A DNA stretch of 64,000 nucleotides from Clostridiales bacterium (GCA_022508305.1 JAFLVM010000001.1:962341-1026340); one strand, 5' to 3'. Counted from the stretch's first letter, positions 1 through 8,984 are shown. The notes: generated by a model from the sequence alone, not told the origin. Translations and numbers: made by a program.

Positions 1-171
1 GTAAGCAACACGAATCAAGACCACTTCAGGCAAGCATTCCGTTACCAAACGTCAGGCGAACCAGACGTACTGTTTTTGGCGGCTTACGAACACGGCAAAA
101 TCAGCACCGACGGCGACTTGATTACGTCTAGCGAAGTAACGGAAGATTTGAGAGAATTTTTGGACAAGTAA
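1..171 (+). CDS. 3' end of an unidentified CDS (partial, enters from upstream of the window)
   Basis: Frame 1 is open from base 1 to TAA at 169-171 (...ISTDGDLITSSEVTEDLREFLDK*). A terminator hairpin follows. Too short to name. Confidence 0.4.
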   Translation, partial: VSNTNQDHFRQAFRYQTSGEPDVLFLAAYEHGKISTDGDLITSSEVTEDLREFLDK

Positions 172-216
172 GGGCGTTTAGACTAATAACGAAGTTCAAT
201 TTAACTGAAAAAAACG

Positions 217-246
217 AGGACAGCGGCATAACGCTGTCCTTTTTTT
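217..246 (+). terminator. Rho-independent terminator
   Basis: Stem aggacagcg (217-225) / cgctgtcct (232-240), followed by a T6 run. Confidence 0.7.
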
Positions 247-292
247 GCGTAAAATGCGGTAAGCTGTCCTTTTTTTGCGTAAAATGCGGTAA
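233..292. repeat. Perfect 2 x 30-bp tandem duplication (gctgtcctttttttgcgtaaaatgcggtaa)
   Basis: 233-262 and 263-292 are identical by direct reading. Copy 1 contains the 3' half of the terminator stem. Confidence 0.9.
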
Positions 293-328
293 ATAGTAAT
301 TTTTCCGTTGTATTGTGTATTAAATAAG

Positions 329-357
329 TTGAAAATAAACTGAAAGAATGCTATACT
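329..357 (+). promoter_or_regulatory. Sigma-70-like promoter of the lipid operon (TTGAAA-17-TATACT)
   Basis: -35 at 329-334, 17-nt spacer, -10 at 352-357. The ATG of the first gene lies only 7 nt downstream, with no SD motif. Confidence 0.5.
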
Positions 358-364
358 TTACCGT

Positions 365-2323
365 ATGGAAAACGTAAACAAATACGCAAAACTCAAGATA
401 AACGAAGTACGTAACTCCGCCTTTACCTTTCAATCGCTGTTCGACGTCATTCACAGTCAAGGCGACCGCATTTTTTGCGAGTATACGCGCCGTTTTCAAA
501 CGGTGGAGGTGAGTTACCCTGAATTTAAATCATACGCCCTTAAAACAGCGACCTTTTTGTCCGCTTCGCTAAGTAGTTGCAAAGGCGAATACGTCGGACT
601 GTACATGGAAAACTGTGTCAATTTCGTCGCCGCGTTTTGGGCTATTCTTATGCTTGGTTGTAAGCCGTTGCTACTTAACGCTCGCTTGCCCGTTGTTATC
701 AATCAAAAGGTGCTTAGCGACGTCAACTGCAAAGTAGTAGTGGCAAACGAGTCGCTTTCGTCGCACGAACTAACAGACAGCACCGTGTATTTGGAGAGCG
801 GCGTAGGACTGTCAAATGCAATTTGCGCGCAAGAGGAGTTCAAAGACTTTGACTGGGCGAATGAAATAGCATTGACGACAACAGCTACGACTTTGAACGT
901 AAAAGTGTGTACCTACACAGGTAAAGAGATAACCAACGAGGTGTTGAACGCCGAGTATATAATAGCGCACAGCAAGCAGGTCAAGCAGCACTACAAGCAC
1001 AGGCTCAAGCTGTTGGCATTTTTGCCTTTGTATCACATTTTCGGCTTGATTGCCACCTACTTTTGGTTTGGCACTTTTGGCAGGACGTTTGTTTTCCTGT
1101 CCGATTACTCAACCAACACGCTGCTCAACACGGTGAAAAAACATCAAGTGACGCACGTGTTTGCCGTACCGCTACTGTGGCACTCGTTACATAGGGAAAT
1201 CGTCAAGCAGGTGGCGAGTTTGGACGAAAAGCAGCAGCGCCGTTTTGAAAAGGGCGTCAAACTGAGCTTATCTATGCAAAACGCATTCCCGAGCAGCGGT
1301 TTGAGGTTTGCCAAGAGAATTTTCAGAGAAGTGCAGGACAAGACCTTCGGACCTTCCGTCAAGTTTGCAATTTCCGGCGGCGGTTACGTGTCTCCCGACG
1401 CGCTGAAACTTGTCAATGCTATCGGCTACCCACTGTACAACGGTTACGGCACTACCGAAATAGGCATAACCTCGGTAGAGCTGCGTTCCCGACCCAAGTA
1501 CCGCATGAAAGCAAGCGTAGGCAAACCGTTGCCAACCGTCAGCTACAAGATCCAAGACGACGTTTTGTCGGTTAAGGGAAGTTCGCTGTGTTCGACAATC
1601 ACGTCAAACGGCGTAACAACCGAACTGGGCGACAACTGGTACAACACCAACGATATTGCTCGTGTAGAAGGTGACGGTTACTACTTCATTGACGGCAGAC
1701 GCGACGACGTGTTCGTGGGAGTCAACGGTGAGAAGCTTAACCCCGATTTGGTAGAAAAGCAACTCAAGTTTACAACCGTCAACAACTACTGCGTGCTTGG
1801 CTTGGACGTTGAAGGCAAACAAAGGCTGTCGTTGGTGGTTCAAGTTCCCAACGGACAGTTTGGTGCGCGCTTGAAACGCATAGTTGACGAAATTACGCAA
1901 AACGTCGAGGCGCTTGCAAAGCTCGGCTACAGCATAGAGGCAATTTTCCTTACGAGCGACGCAATTTGCAATGAAAATGCCATTAAAGTGAGCAGGAAGG
2001 CGCTTTTAAGGCTAATAGATAGCAAGAAAGTGCAGTTAACGTCCATTTCCGAGTTAAATTTGGAGCGATTGGACAACGTAGAGCTGTTGTCTCGCGAAAC
2101 CTGCGACGGCGTAAAGAAAATCATGGCTACGATACTCAACCGTGACGTAAACGACGTTGCCGACAACGCGCATTTCGTGTTCGATTTGGGCGGCACAAGC
2201 CTTGACTACTGCACGTTGCTCGTTGAACTTAAGAAAGCCTACGGAGTGGAGTTCGACTTACAGGATAACAGCTGCGCAACGGCGGCAGAATTCAGCAATT
2301 ACATTATTTCACACTTGAAATAA
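365..2323 (+). CDS. Acyl-activating (AMP-binding, acyl-CoA/ACP synthetase-like) enzyme fused to a C-terminal carrier (PCP/ACP) domain
   Basis: 652 aa. Contains YNGYGTTE, GDGYYFIDGRRDDVFVGVNGEKLNP and a C-terminal FDLGGTSLDY phosphopantetheine-attachment-type motif. The P-loop/A3 motif is divergent (TTTATTLNVK). Confidence 0.75.
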   Translation: MENVNKYAKLKINEVRNSAFTFQSLFDVIHSQGDRIFCEYTRRFQTVEVSYPEFKSYALKTATFLSASLSSCKGEYVGLYMENCVNFVAAFWAILMLGCKPLLLNARLPVVINQKVLSDVNCKVVVANESLSSHELTDSTVYLESGVGLSNAICAQEEFKDFDWANEIALTTTATTLNVKVCTYTGKEITNEVLNAEYIIAHSKQVKQHYKHRLKLLAFLPLYHIFGLIATYFWFGTFGRTFVFLSDYSTNTLLNTVKKHQVTHVFAVPLLWHSLHREIVKQVASLDEKQQRRFEKGVKLSLSMQNAFPSSGLRFAKRIFREVQDKTFGPSVKFAISGGGYVSPDALKLVNAIGYPLYNGYGTTEIGITSVELRSRPKYRMKASVGKPLPTVSYKIQDDVLSVKGSSLCSTITSNGVTTELGDNWYNTNDIARVEGDGYYFIDGRRDDVFVGVNGEKLNPDLVEKQLKFTTVNNYCVLGLDVEGKQRLSLVVQVPNGQFGARLKRIVDEITQNVEALAKLGYSIEAIFLTSDAICNENAIKVSRKALLRLIDSKKVQLTSISELNLERLDNVELLSRETCDGVKKIMATILNRDVNDVADNAHFVFDLGGTSLDYCTLLVELKKAYGVEFDLQDNSCATAAEFSNYIISHLK

Positions 2324-2353
2324 AATTTAAAATAGCAAAAGAGAAGGTAAATT

Positions 2354-4339
2354 ATGTTGAAACGATTTAGAAATTTAGACAAGCCTTGGAAAGAAATTCT
2401 TTACGCTTGTTCCGGATTCGGACCCAATCTGCTTATGGTGCTTATGGGCGCGTTCTTCACCGACGCAGTTAATCCCAGCGCATTGGGTATCACCGAAGAA
2501 ACTGCGGGAAATGCAGTGCAGACCATTACCGGCGCGTGCCTTATTTTCCCCATACTGTTTTCCGTGTTGTGGTTCATCGGCAAGGCGTTTGACGGACTGA
2601 TTGACATTCCGTTTGCGTCCATTACCGACACCCTCAAGACCAAGTGGGGTAAGCGCCGTCCTCCCATACTGATTTGCAGTATACCTATGGTTGTCAGCTA
2701 CGCAATGTGTTGGGTTCCAATCATGGACGTTCCGTTTGGTGCTGTGGGTGACGCTGTCACCAAGGCTCAGATTATCAACACTGTTTGGATTTTCTTTTGG
2801 GCGTTGATATTCTTCGCAACCTACACGATGTGTCTGATTGCATTCTACGGCAGTCTGTCAACGGTATGCGCCGACGAAAAGCAACGCGTACGCGTTTCCA
2901 GCTACAAATCATTCTTCGACACTATTTCCTACGTTATCGTGTACGCGCTTGTACCCCTCATTTTGGGTAAAACGGGCTTACACGTAGACAAGTTGGTATT
3001 CATATTGCTACCCTTGATGGTAACAATTATCATACCGCTGTTTATGATAAAGGAAGGCGACAAATGGGAAGCCAAAGCCAAAGCTGAAGGCTACGACGTT
3101 ACTCCGCTTGCGGAGGAACCGAGAGTGGGTATTCGCGAAAGCTTGAAGTTGACCTTTACTAACAAGCCCTTTATGTGGTGGGTACTCGTCAACTCCTGCG
3201 CGTTCTTCGGTTTGCAGATGTTCCTGTCAAGCATGAACACGCTCATTTTGGGCGGAATGAACCTAACCTCGTCGCAGATGGCAATCCTTAACACTTGCGC
3301 GTTCGCTCCCGTGCCACTCATGCTGTACCTGTTCAACAAGCTCAAGCAAAAGAAAGGCATTAGGTTTGCTTATCAAACCTGTTTGCTGAGCTTTGCCGTG
3401 TGTATTATGGCGTTCGTCTTGGGCGGTCAGTTCGTAATGGGTGACAACGTTACCGTCAAGATTATCATAGGCTCGGCGGGTGGTGTCGTTGGTTCTTGGG
3501 CAATAGGTTCCTTCTTCATGATGCCATTCCTGATTCCTTCGCAAGTGGCGGCGGTGGAAGAAAAACTCACGGGTAAAAACCACTCTGCAATGTTCTTCGC
3601 GGCTCAGTCCGTCGCAACTACCGTCGTTGGCGCAGTCGCAAGCGGTTTGGTTTACGAAAACATAAAAAATATTTGGTTTTCAAGGACTGCAAGTGGCGTT
3701 CAGTGGGCGCAAGACATCAATGAAGCGGCGAAATTATTTGGCGTAACGGAAAATATCAACAACAACGTATTCAATCTCAGTTGGTTCCTTGTTCCCGCTA
3801 TTGTCAGCCTGATGTGTATTGTAGGCTTTATCGTAGCGTTCAAAATGCCCCGTAACTTCGGCGCGAAAGAGGTCGCCAAGAAAATGGGCATGGAAGACGT
3901 TTACCTTGCTAAAAAGGATTTGTTCCCCGATGAACCCGACTATCCGTTTGAAGGCGAGTCGTTGATTGTCAACAATACGCTGTGGATTTTGACGGGTAGC
4001 ATATTCGGCTTTGTGTGGAACTACGGCATTTTGAAGGCCGTTAACACCTTCGCTAAGAAAAAGATAGGCGTGTGGCATTTCGTTTTGTCCATATTCATTC
4101 CTTTCTACGGCGCGTATCTTGCCGTCAGACTTAGCAACGAAATTCACGACAAATGCGTAGAACTGGGCATTCAGTCCAAAAAGCTTACGGCAATTCACGT
4201 AATCTTCAGCGTGCTGTATCTTAATCTGGTGTCCGAAAGTATCTTGCAACACAAGCTCAACAAGATTGCCGAAATTCAAAACAAAGCACTTGAAGCGGCA
4301 ACCGAAACTGTCACCGAAGGAGAAGCAGCAGCCGTATGA
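2354..4339 (+). CDS. MFS transporter of the GPH/MFS_2 (MelB/MFSD2-like) type with an extra C-terminal membrane extension
   Basis: 661 aa, polytopic. GPH signature DGLIDIPFASITDTLKTKWGKRRP. The last ~150 aa add further TM helices (WILTGSIFGFVWNYGILKAVN...). Confidence 0.75.
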   Translation: MLKRFRNLDKPWKEILYACSGFGPNLLMVLMGAFFTDAVNPSALGITEETAGNAVQTITGACLIFPILFSVLWFIGKAFDGLIDIPFASITDTLKTKWGKRRPPILICSIPMVVSYAMCWVPIMDVPFGAVGDAVTKAQIINTVWIFFWALIFFATYTMCLIAFYGSLSTVCADEKQRVRVSSYKSFFDTISYVIVYALVPLILGKTGLHVDKLVFILLPLMVTIIIPLFMIKEGDKWEAKAKAEGYDVTPLAEEPRVGIRESLKLTFTNKPFMWWVLVNSCAFFGLQMFLSSMNTLILGGMNLTSSQMAILNTCAFAPVPLMLYLFNKLKQKKGIRFAYQTCLLSFAVCIMAFVLGGQFVMGDNVTVKIIIGSAGGVVGSWAIGSFFMMPFLIPSQVAAVEEKLTGKNHSAMFFAAQSVATTVVGAVASGLVYENIKNIWFSRTASGVQWAQDINEAAKLFGVTENINNNVFNLSWFLVPAIVSLMCIVGFIVAFKMPRNFGAKEVAKKMGMEDVYLAKKDLFPDEPDYPFEGESLIVNNTLWILTGSIFGFVWNYGILKAVNTFAKKKIGVWHFVLSIFIPFYGAYLAVRLSNEIHDKCVELGIQSKKLTAIHVIFSVLYLNLVSESILQHKLNKIAEIQNKALEAATETVTEGEAAAV

Positions 4340-4998
4340 ACAGATTTTTCCTGTGGTTTGTAAAGCTGACGGGACTACCCCTCCAATACTTTTACTTCCG
4401 CAAGAAGATTTATTACGAAGACAAGAGCATTCAGCGTCGCAAAATTAAGGGCGGCGCTCTTGTCGTAAGCAATCACTATTCGGTTTACGACTATCCGCTA
4501 ATTATGTACACCTTTTTCGGTAGAAGCCTACGTACGCTTGTGGCAGAGGTGATTTACCAAAAGGGCAAATTTATGTCCTGGTTTATGAAGCGGTTGGGCG
4601 CTATTCGCGTAGACAGAGATAGCTACGACTTTTCCTTTATGTCCGCTATGGTCAAATGCCTCAAGGATAGGCAAGTGGGATTGGTGTTTCCCGAGTCGCG
4701 TATAGGCGAGGAAAATGAAAAGCTTGACGGAATGTTAGAGTTCAAGCCCAGTTTCGTGTACATGGCGCTGGAAGCGGGTGTTCCCATCATTCCCGTGTAT
4801 GTGAACGGCGTGTACGGCAAGGACAAGAGGAAAAAGCACGACCGCGCGCGGATTATCATCGGCAAGCCCATCAATTTGCAAGAGATGTACGACGAGAACA
4901 AGTCGGAAAAGGACAACATAAACGATTTGTGTAATTACGTGCGCGAATATATCAAAAATTTAGGAAAACTACTTGAACAAAAGAAGAGAGAAGAGTAA
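4336..4998 (+). CDS. PlsC-family (1-acyl-sn-glycerol-3-phosphate / lysophospholipid) acyltransferase
   Basis: 220 aa. HX4D motif NHYSVYD and FPESRIG block. The ATGA start overlaps the stop of the upstream gene. Confidence 0.8.
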   Translation: MNRFFLWFVKLTGLPLQYFYFRKKIYYEDKSIQRRKIKGGALVVSNHYSVYDYPLIMYTFFGRSLRTLVAEVIYQKGKFMSWFMKRLGAIRVDRDSYDFSFMSAMVKCLKDRQVGLVFPESRIGEENEKLDGMLEFKPSFVYMALEAGVPIIPVYVNGVYGKDKRKKHDRARIIIGKPINLQEMYDENKSEKDNINDLCNYVREYIKNLGKLLEQKKREE

Positions 4999-4999
4999 A

Positions 5000-5698
5000 A
5001 TGAAGAAAGACCAAGTGCCGCTTTTAGCGCGAATATTCGACCCGCGAATGTGGCTTTACGATTTGTTCAAGATTACAGGCTCGTTGCCCATTTTGCTGGA
5101 TTTGCGACTCAAGCGAGTATTTGTAAATACTGAAACAAAGCGCGGCAGAATGCGCGGCAAATATTTGATTGCCTCCAACCACGTGTCATACGAAGATCCA
5201 ATAATACTGTTTAACACCTTTTTTTGGCGACGCGTATGCTTTGTAGCTGTGGACGAACTGTTCAAGCACAAGTTTTGGGGACCTGTATTCAAGACGTTTG
5301 GCTGTATTCCGATAAGCAAGGAAAACGTATCGGTACAAACCTTCAAGAAGGTGGAAAACAGTCTTTACCGCGGACACGTAGTGGGCGTTTTCCCCGAAGG
5401 CACAGTAGCCCAAGACGAAAACATGAACGCATTTAAGTCGGGTATCGTCATGATGGCGGTCATGAGCGGGGCGGACATCTTGCCGGTGTACATTGTCAAA
5501 CGAACAAACCGCTGGCACCGTCAAGAAGTGCTAATTGGCGAAAAAATCATACTTAAAGAGCATATCTCGTCGGAATTTCCCTCAATAGAGGAAATAGAAA
5601 ATTTGACCAATCTGCTCAAAGAGAGAGAATTGGAATTGGAACGCATAAGCAGAGAAAGACGGGAAAAAAGAGCAAATAAAAAGAGGAAAAAACAATGA
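5000..5698 (+). CDS. Second PlsC-family acyltransferase
   Basis: NHVSYED (HX4D) and VFPEGT motifs. I prefer ATG at 5000 (MKKDQVPL...), just after the upstream stop, over the ORF-track start at 4973. Confidence 0.8.
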   Translation: MKKDQVPLLARIFDPRMWLYDLFKITGSLPILLDLRLKRVFVNTETKRGRMRGKYLIASNHVSYEDPIILFNTFFWRRVCFVAVDELFKHKFWGPVFKTFGCIPISKENVSVQTFKKVENSLYRGHVVGVFPEGTVAQDENMNAFKSGIVMMAVMSGADILPVYIVKRTNRWHRQEVLIGEKIILKEHISSEFPSIEEIENLTNLLKERELELERISRERREKRANKKRKKQ

Positions 5699-7260
5699 GA
5701 AAACAGCAAGAAAAAATCGTAAGTTTTACCAGAGAAGATTTCAGACGTTTTACCGATGCCGAGACCTTTGAACGTATCGGTGACGTTACGACTATCGTAG
5801 AATTTTTGGATTCAATTCACAAATTCGGCGACGCTCCTGCAATCGGCAAGACAGACGGTACCGTTGCAACCTTCAACGAGCTGTACGCAGACGTGCTCAA
5901 GGTGTGCAGTGTTTTGACCGGCAAAGGCGTAGAGCGGCGTACCAACGTAGGACTTGTTTGCGGCAACAACTATTCATTTGCCGTAGCCTCGCTCGGTATC
6001 ATGGCGTACGGCTGTGTTGCAACTTTACTCCCCGCGCACCTCGACGACAAAACTCTCTACGGTTGCTCGAAGAAGTACGATTTGACAGCGGTAGTGTACG
6101 AGGACTCACTAACTGAAAAAATGACGCTCATTCAGACGGCTACTCAACTCGTAACTTTGCCTATTTCGGAAATATTTGCCGAGAAGAAAGTTGACGGTAG
6201 CTTGCTGTGTAAGGATTTGAAACCCGACGACAACGCCTGCATAATTATGACGGGCGGCACCACGGGCAGAAGCAAGGGCGCAGTGCTTTCTCACACGGCG
6301 CTGATGGCGGGTATGCTCAACGGCTGCTTTGCAATGAACAGACTGTATGGCAGAGCCTACTACTGTCTAATCCCGCTCACCCACGTATTCGGATTTATTC
6401 GCAACTTGCTTACGAGTTTGTACACAGGTAGCGTAATCTATTTCAACACCGACAAACGCCTTATGTTTGAGGAGCTGCAAAAGTACAAGCCTGACTGTCT
6501 CGTAATCGTGCCTGCTCTTGCGGAATTGTTCCTTAACCTTGCTAAAGCGTACGGCTTAGGTTTTTTAGGTGGCAAACTTGACATGATTGTATGTGGAGCG
6601 GCAAACGTTCCGCCCTATCTGCTCAACGAGTGGTTCAAGCTGGGCGTGCTGTTTGGCGCAGGCTACGGACTTACGGAGTTTGCCAACATGGTTAGCGGTA
6701 ACGTAGAGGGCAATTGCAAATCGGCGGAGTCCGTCGGTATGCTGTACCCCGAACAGGAAGCAAAAATTGTCAACGGCGAGCTGTGGCTAAGAGGTCGCAA
6801 CATGATGAAAGGCTACTACGCCGAGCCTGAGGAAAACGCGCACGCATTCGAGGACGGTTGGTTCAAAACAGGCGACCTTGCAAGGTTCGACGATGACAAC
6901 TACCTGTACATAATAGGCAGACTTAAGGACGTAATAGTTCTGCCCAACGGTGAAAACGTGTCTCCCGCCTACGTCGAGGCTAAAATAAACGAACTAAACT
7001 ACATTCAGGACAGTCTTGTGTACGAAAGCAAAAACAGCTTCGGCGCAACGATACTGAAATGCGAGGTGGTTCTTCGTCAAAGCGTCGTAAAGGCTTTGGG
7101 AATCGAACAGGACAAGCTTCAAGAGTACGTTCAAGCGGGCATTGACAAAGTAAACGCAAATTTGTTAGACTATGAAAGGGTGTCGGAGCTTGTAATTCGC
7201 GACAAGGATTTCGACCGTAGCCCCAGTATGAAGATTATCAGACCGAGGAAAATGTACTAA
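5695..7260 (+). CDS. AMP-dependent synthetase/ligase (fatty acyl-CoA/ACP synthetase-like)
   Basis: 521 aa. MTGGTTGRSKGA P-loop, GYGLTE, TGDLARFDDDNYLYIIGRLKD. ATGA overlap with the upstream gene. Confidence 0.85.
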   Translation: MRKQQEKIVSFTREDFRRFTDAETFERIGDVTTIVEFLDSIHKFGDAPAIGKTDGTVATFNELYADVLKVCSVLTGKGVERRTNVGLVCGNNYSFAVASLGIMAYGCVATLLPAHLDDKTLYGCSKKYDLTAVVYEDSLTEKMTLIQTATQLVTLPISEIFAEKKVDGSLLCKDLKPDDNACIIMTGGTTGRSKGAVLSHTALMAGMLNGCFAMNRLYGRAYYCLIPLTHVFGFIRNLLTSLYTGSVIYFNTDKRLMFEELQKYKPDCLVIVPALAELFLNLAKAYGLGFLGGKLDMIVCGAANVPPYLLNEWFKLGVLFGAGYGLTEFANMVSGNVEGNCKSAESVGMLYPEQEAKIVNGELWLRGRNMMKGYYAEPEENAHAFEDGWFKTGDLARFDDDNYLYIIGRLKDVIVLPNGENVSPAYVEAKINELNYIQDSLVYESKNSFGATILKCEVVLRQSVVKALGIEQDKLQEYVQAGIDKVNANLLDYERVSELVIRDKDFDRSPSMKIIRPRKMY

Positions 7261-7262
7261 TC

Positions 7263-7511
7263 ATGACGAAAGAAGAAATTTTAGTTAAACTTAAGGATAT
7301 TTTCAAGCTTGTAGTGCATAATGGTGTAGAAGTGGACCATCTTGACGCTTCCGCCAACATCACTTTGGACTTGGGAGTCAACTCCGTTGCGCTGATTTAC
7401 TTGGTGCTTGCAATAGAAAAAACTTTCAACGTCGAAATGCGCGACGTTACCTACAGCTCATTCAAAACGGTAGGCGAAGTGGTAGATTACATCTACGAAA
7501 GGGTTAAGTGA
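7263..7511 (+). CDS. Acyl carrier protein-like small carrier protein
   Basis: 82 aa, acidic four-helix size. LDLGVNSVALIYL resembles the DSL attachment motif, with N in place of D. Confidence 0.65.
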   Translation: MTKEEILVKLKDIFKLVVHNGVEVDHLDASANITLDLGVNSVALIYLVLAIEKTFNVEMRDVTYSSFKTVGEVVDYIYERVK

Positions 7512-7930
7512 TGAACAAATCGCATTGGCAACTTGCAGACTTGTACGCGGGCGCGCACATTCGTGTTCCCGTTGGCAACATTCACCACCACGGCATATAC
7601 ATTGGTAACGGAGAGGTAGTGCAATTCGGTCTGCCTATGGACATGTATCGGGCGGCAAGCGAGGTCAAGGTGCTGCGTTCGCCAATCGAGGACTTTTCGG
7701 CAGGCGCAGCATTCGTGGAAGTGTACGTTTACGACCGCAAGGAAAAGAAACTTAAGCGCAAGGACGACGAGATTGTTCGGTTTGCTTTATCCAAGGTGGG
7801 CGAAGGCGGCTACGATTTGTTACGCAACAACTGTGAGCACTTTGCCAATTTGTGCGTATTCGGCGTTGCGAAGTCCGAGCAAATCGACAGCGTGGCAGCA
7901 AACGTCGCCAAACTGCTTGAAAAACACTAA
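7511..7930 (+). CDS. LRAT/PLAAT (H-Rev107, NlpC/P60-superfamily) domain protein
   Basis: HHHGIYIGNGEVVQF His box and NNCEHFANLC catalytic-Cys motif. The ATG at 7511 overlaps the ACP TGA (TGATG). Confidence 0.75.
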   Translation: MNKSHWQLADLYAGAHIRVPVGNIHHHGIYIGNGEVVQFGLPMDMYRAASEVKVLRSPIEDFSAGAAFVEVYVYDRKEKKLKRKDDEIVRFALSKVGEGGYDLLRNNCEHFANLCVFGVAKSEQIDSVAANVAKLLEKH

Positions 7931-7945
7931 AAAGGAGATATAAAC

Positions 7946-8392
7946 ATGTATTGCAGAAATTGTGGAAAAGAAATCAGTGAAGAAACACGTTTTTGTCCCG
8001 CTTGCGGTTCGAAACAGTTTGAAGACAGCAATCGCTCTCACGAGACGTACGACGACCCGTTCACGACGTCAAGTGAGGCAATCGAGGTTGAGGACAAACC
8101 CGCCAAATGTTGGTCGGTGTTTGCGCTCATTGGCAAGATTTTGGGTATAGTGTCACTGTGTCTATGTTGGATTCCGTATCCTCTCGCTATGGCGCTGGGT
8201 ATTCCCGGTATAGTAATGTCCTGCCTTGGCAGAAAGGCGATTGACGATGATTCAATTAGAAACCGTACAATCGGTCTCAAACTTTCCATTGCAGGCACAG
8301 TCGTCTCGTTTGTTGTGTTTATCGTCGTTTACGCAATCATCTTGTCCGGAGCGACGGGCGCTCTTTGGGAATTATTTAGAAGCATGTACTAA
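7946..8392 (+). CDS. Zinc-ribbon membrane protein
   Basis: 148 aa. N-terminal YCRNCG...CPACG ribbon followed by 3-4 hydrophobic helices. Confidence 0.6.
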   Translation: MYCRNCGKEISEETRFCPACGSKQFEDSNRSHETYDDPFTTSSEAIEVEDKPAKCWSVFALIGKILGIVSLCLCWIPYPLAMALGIPGIVMSCLGRKAIDDDSIRNRTIGLKLSIAGTVVSFVVFIVVYAIILSGATGALWELFRSMY

Positions 8393-8407
8393 AAATAATA
8401 ATAAAAC

Positions 8408-8441
8408 AAAAAAACACCGAGTAAACCACACGGTGTTTTTT
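8408..8441. terminator. Bidirectional terminator between convergent genes
   Basis: Stem acaccg (414-419) / cggtgt (431-436), with an A-run before and a T-run after. Confidence 0.7.
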
Positions 8442-8871
8442 ATTTTATGTAGTTTTGTTGACGTTCGAGTTGAAGCCAACTGGCAATGCTGCTTATCAAC
8501 TCGCCGTTTGTCGGAGAATACTGCGGTTTGATTACCTCTCCGCGCATCAAGTCGTTGAACGCGTACAGGTTGCCGTTCACGTGACAGTCGTTAATGGTGT
8601 TGCGGATTGCGCGTTCTACACGGTTTACGGTGGTGTCAAGCTTGTTGGCAACGGCGGGGTATACGTCCTTGGTCAAGCTAAGCCGCGCGTTGTCCGACTG
8701 TTCGTACCGATAGAGTACCGCCTCTTTGAGATAAGCAGTGCCAACGAGCTTGCTCTTGAACACAAGCGCGTTGAGCAACCGCCCGACGACTATCGACGCA
8801 TCGTGCGATCCGTCGCCGACAATTTGGTTGTGGAGAATTTGGAAATTAGTTTCGGCGCGAGTGTCGCTCAT
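8440..8871 (-). CDS. Stand-alone Spo0A C-terminal (DNA-binding) domain protein, no receiver domain
   Basis: Aligns by eye with the Spo0A C-terminal domain: HDASIVVGRLL..VGTAYLKEAV, VYPAVANKLDTTVNRVERAIRNTI, SPTNGELISSIASWLQLE. ATG at 8871 has an AGGAG upstream. The ORF-track start at 8946 is the alternative. Confidence 0.8.
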   Translation of the reverse strand: MSDTRAETNFQILHNQIVGDGSHDASIVVGRLLNALVFKSKLVGTAYLKEAVLYRYEQSDNARLSLTKDVYPAVANKLDTTVNRVERAIRNTINDCHVNGNLYAFNDLMRGEVIKPQYSPTNGELISSIASWLQLERQQNYIK

Positions 8872-8984
8872 AGAAAGAATGCTCCTGTATTTTTTCGATA
8901 GCTGGCTTGCATGTATTGTATCACAAAATTTGACGTTTATCAACACTTTTTAACAAAAATAATCAGGCACTTTTTAACGAAAAT

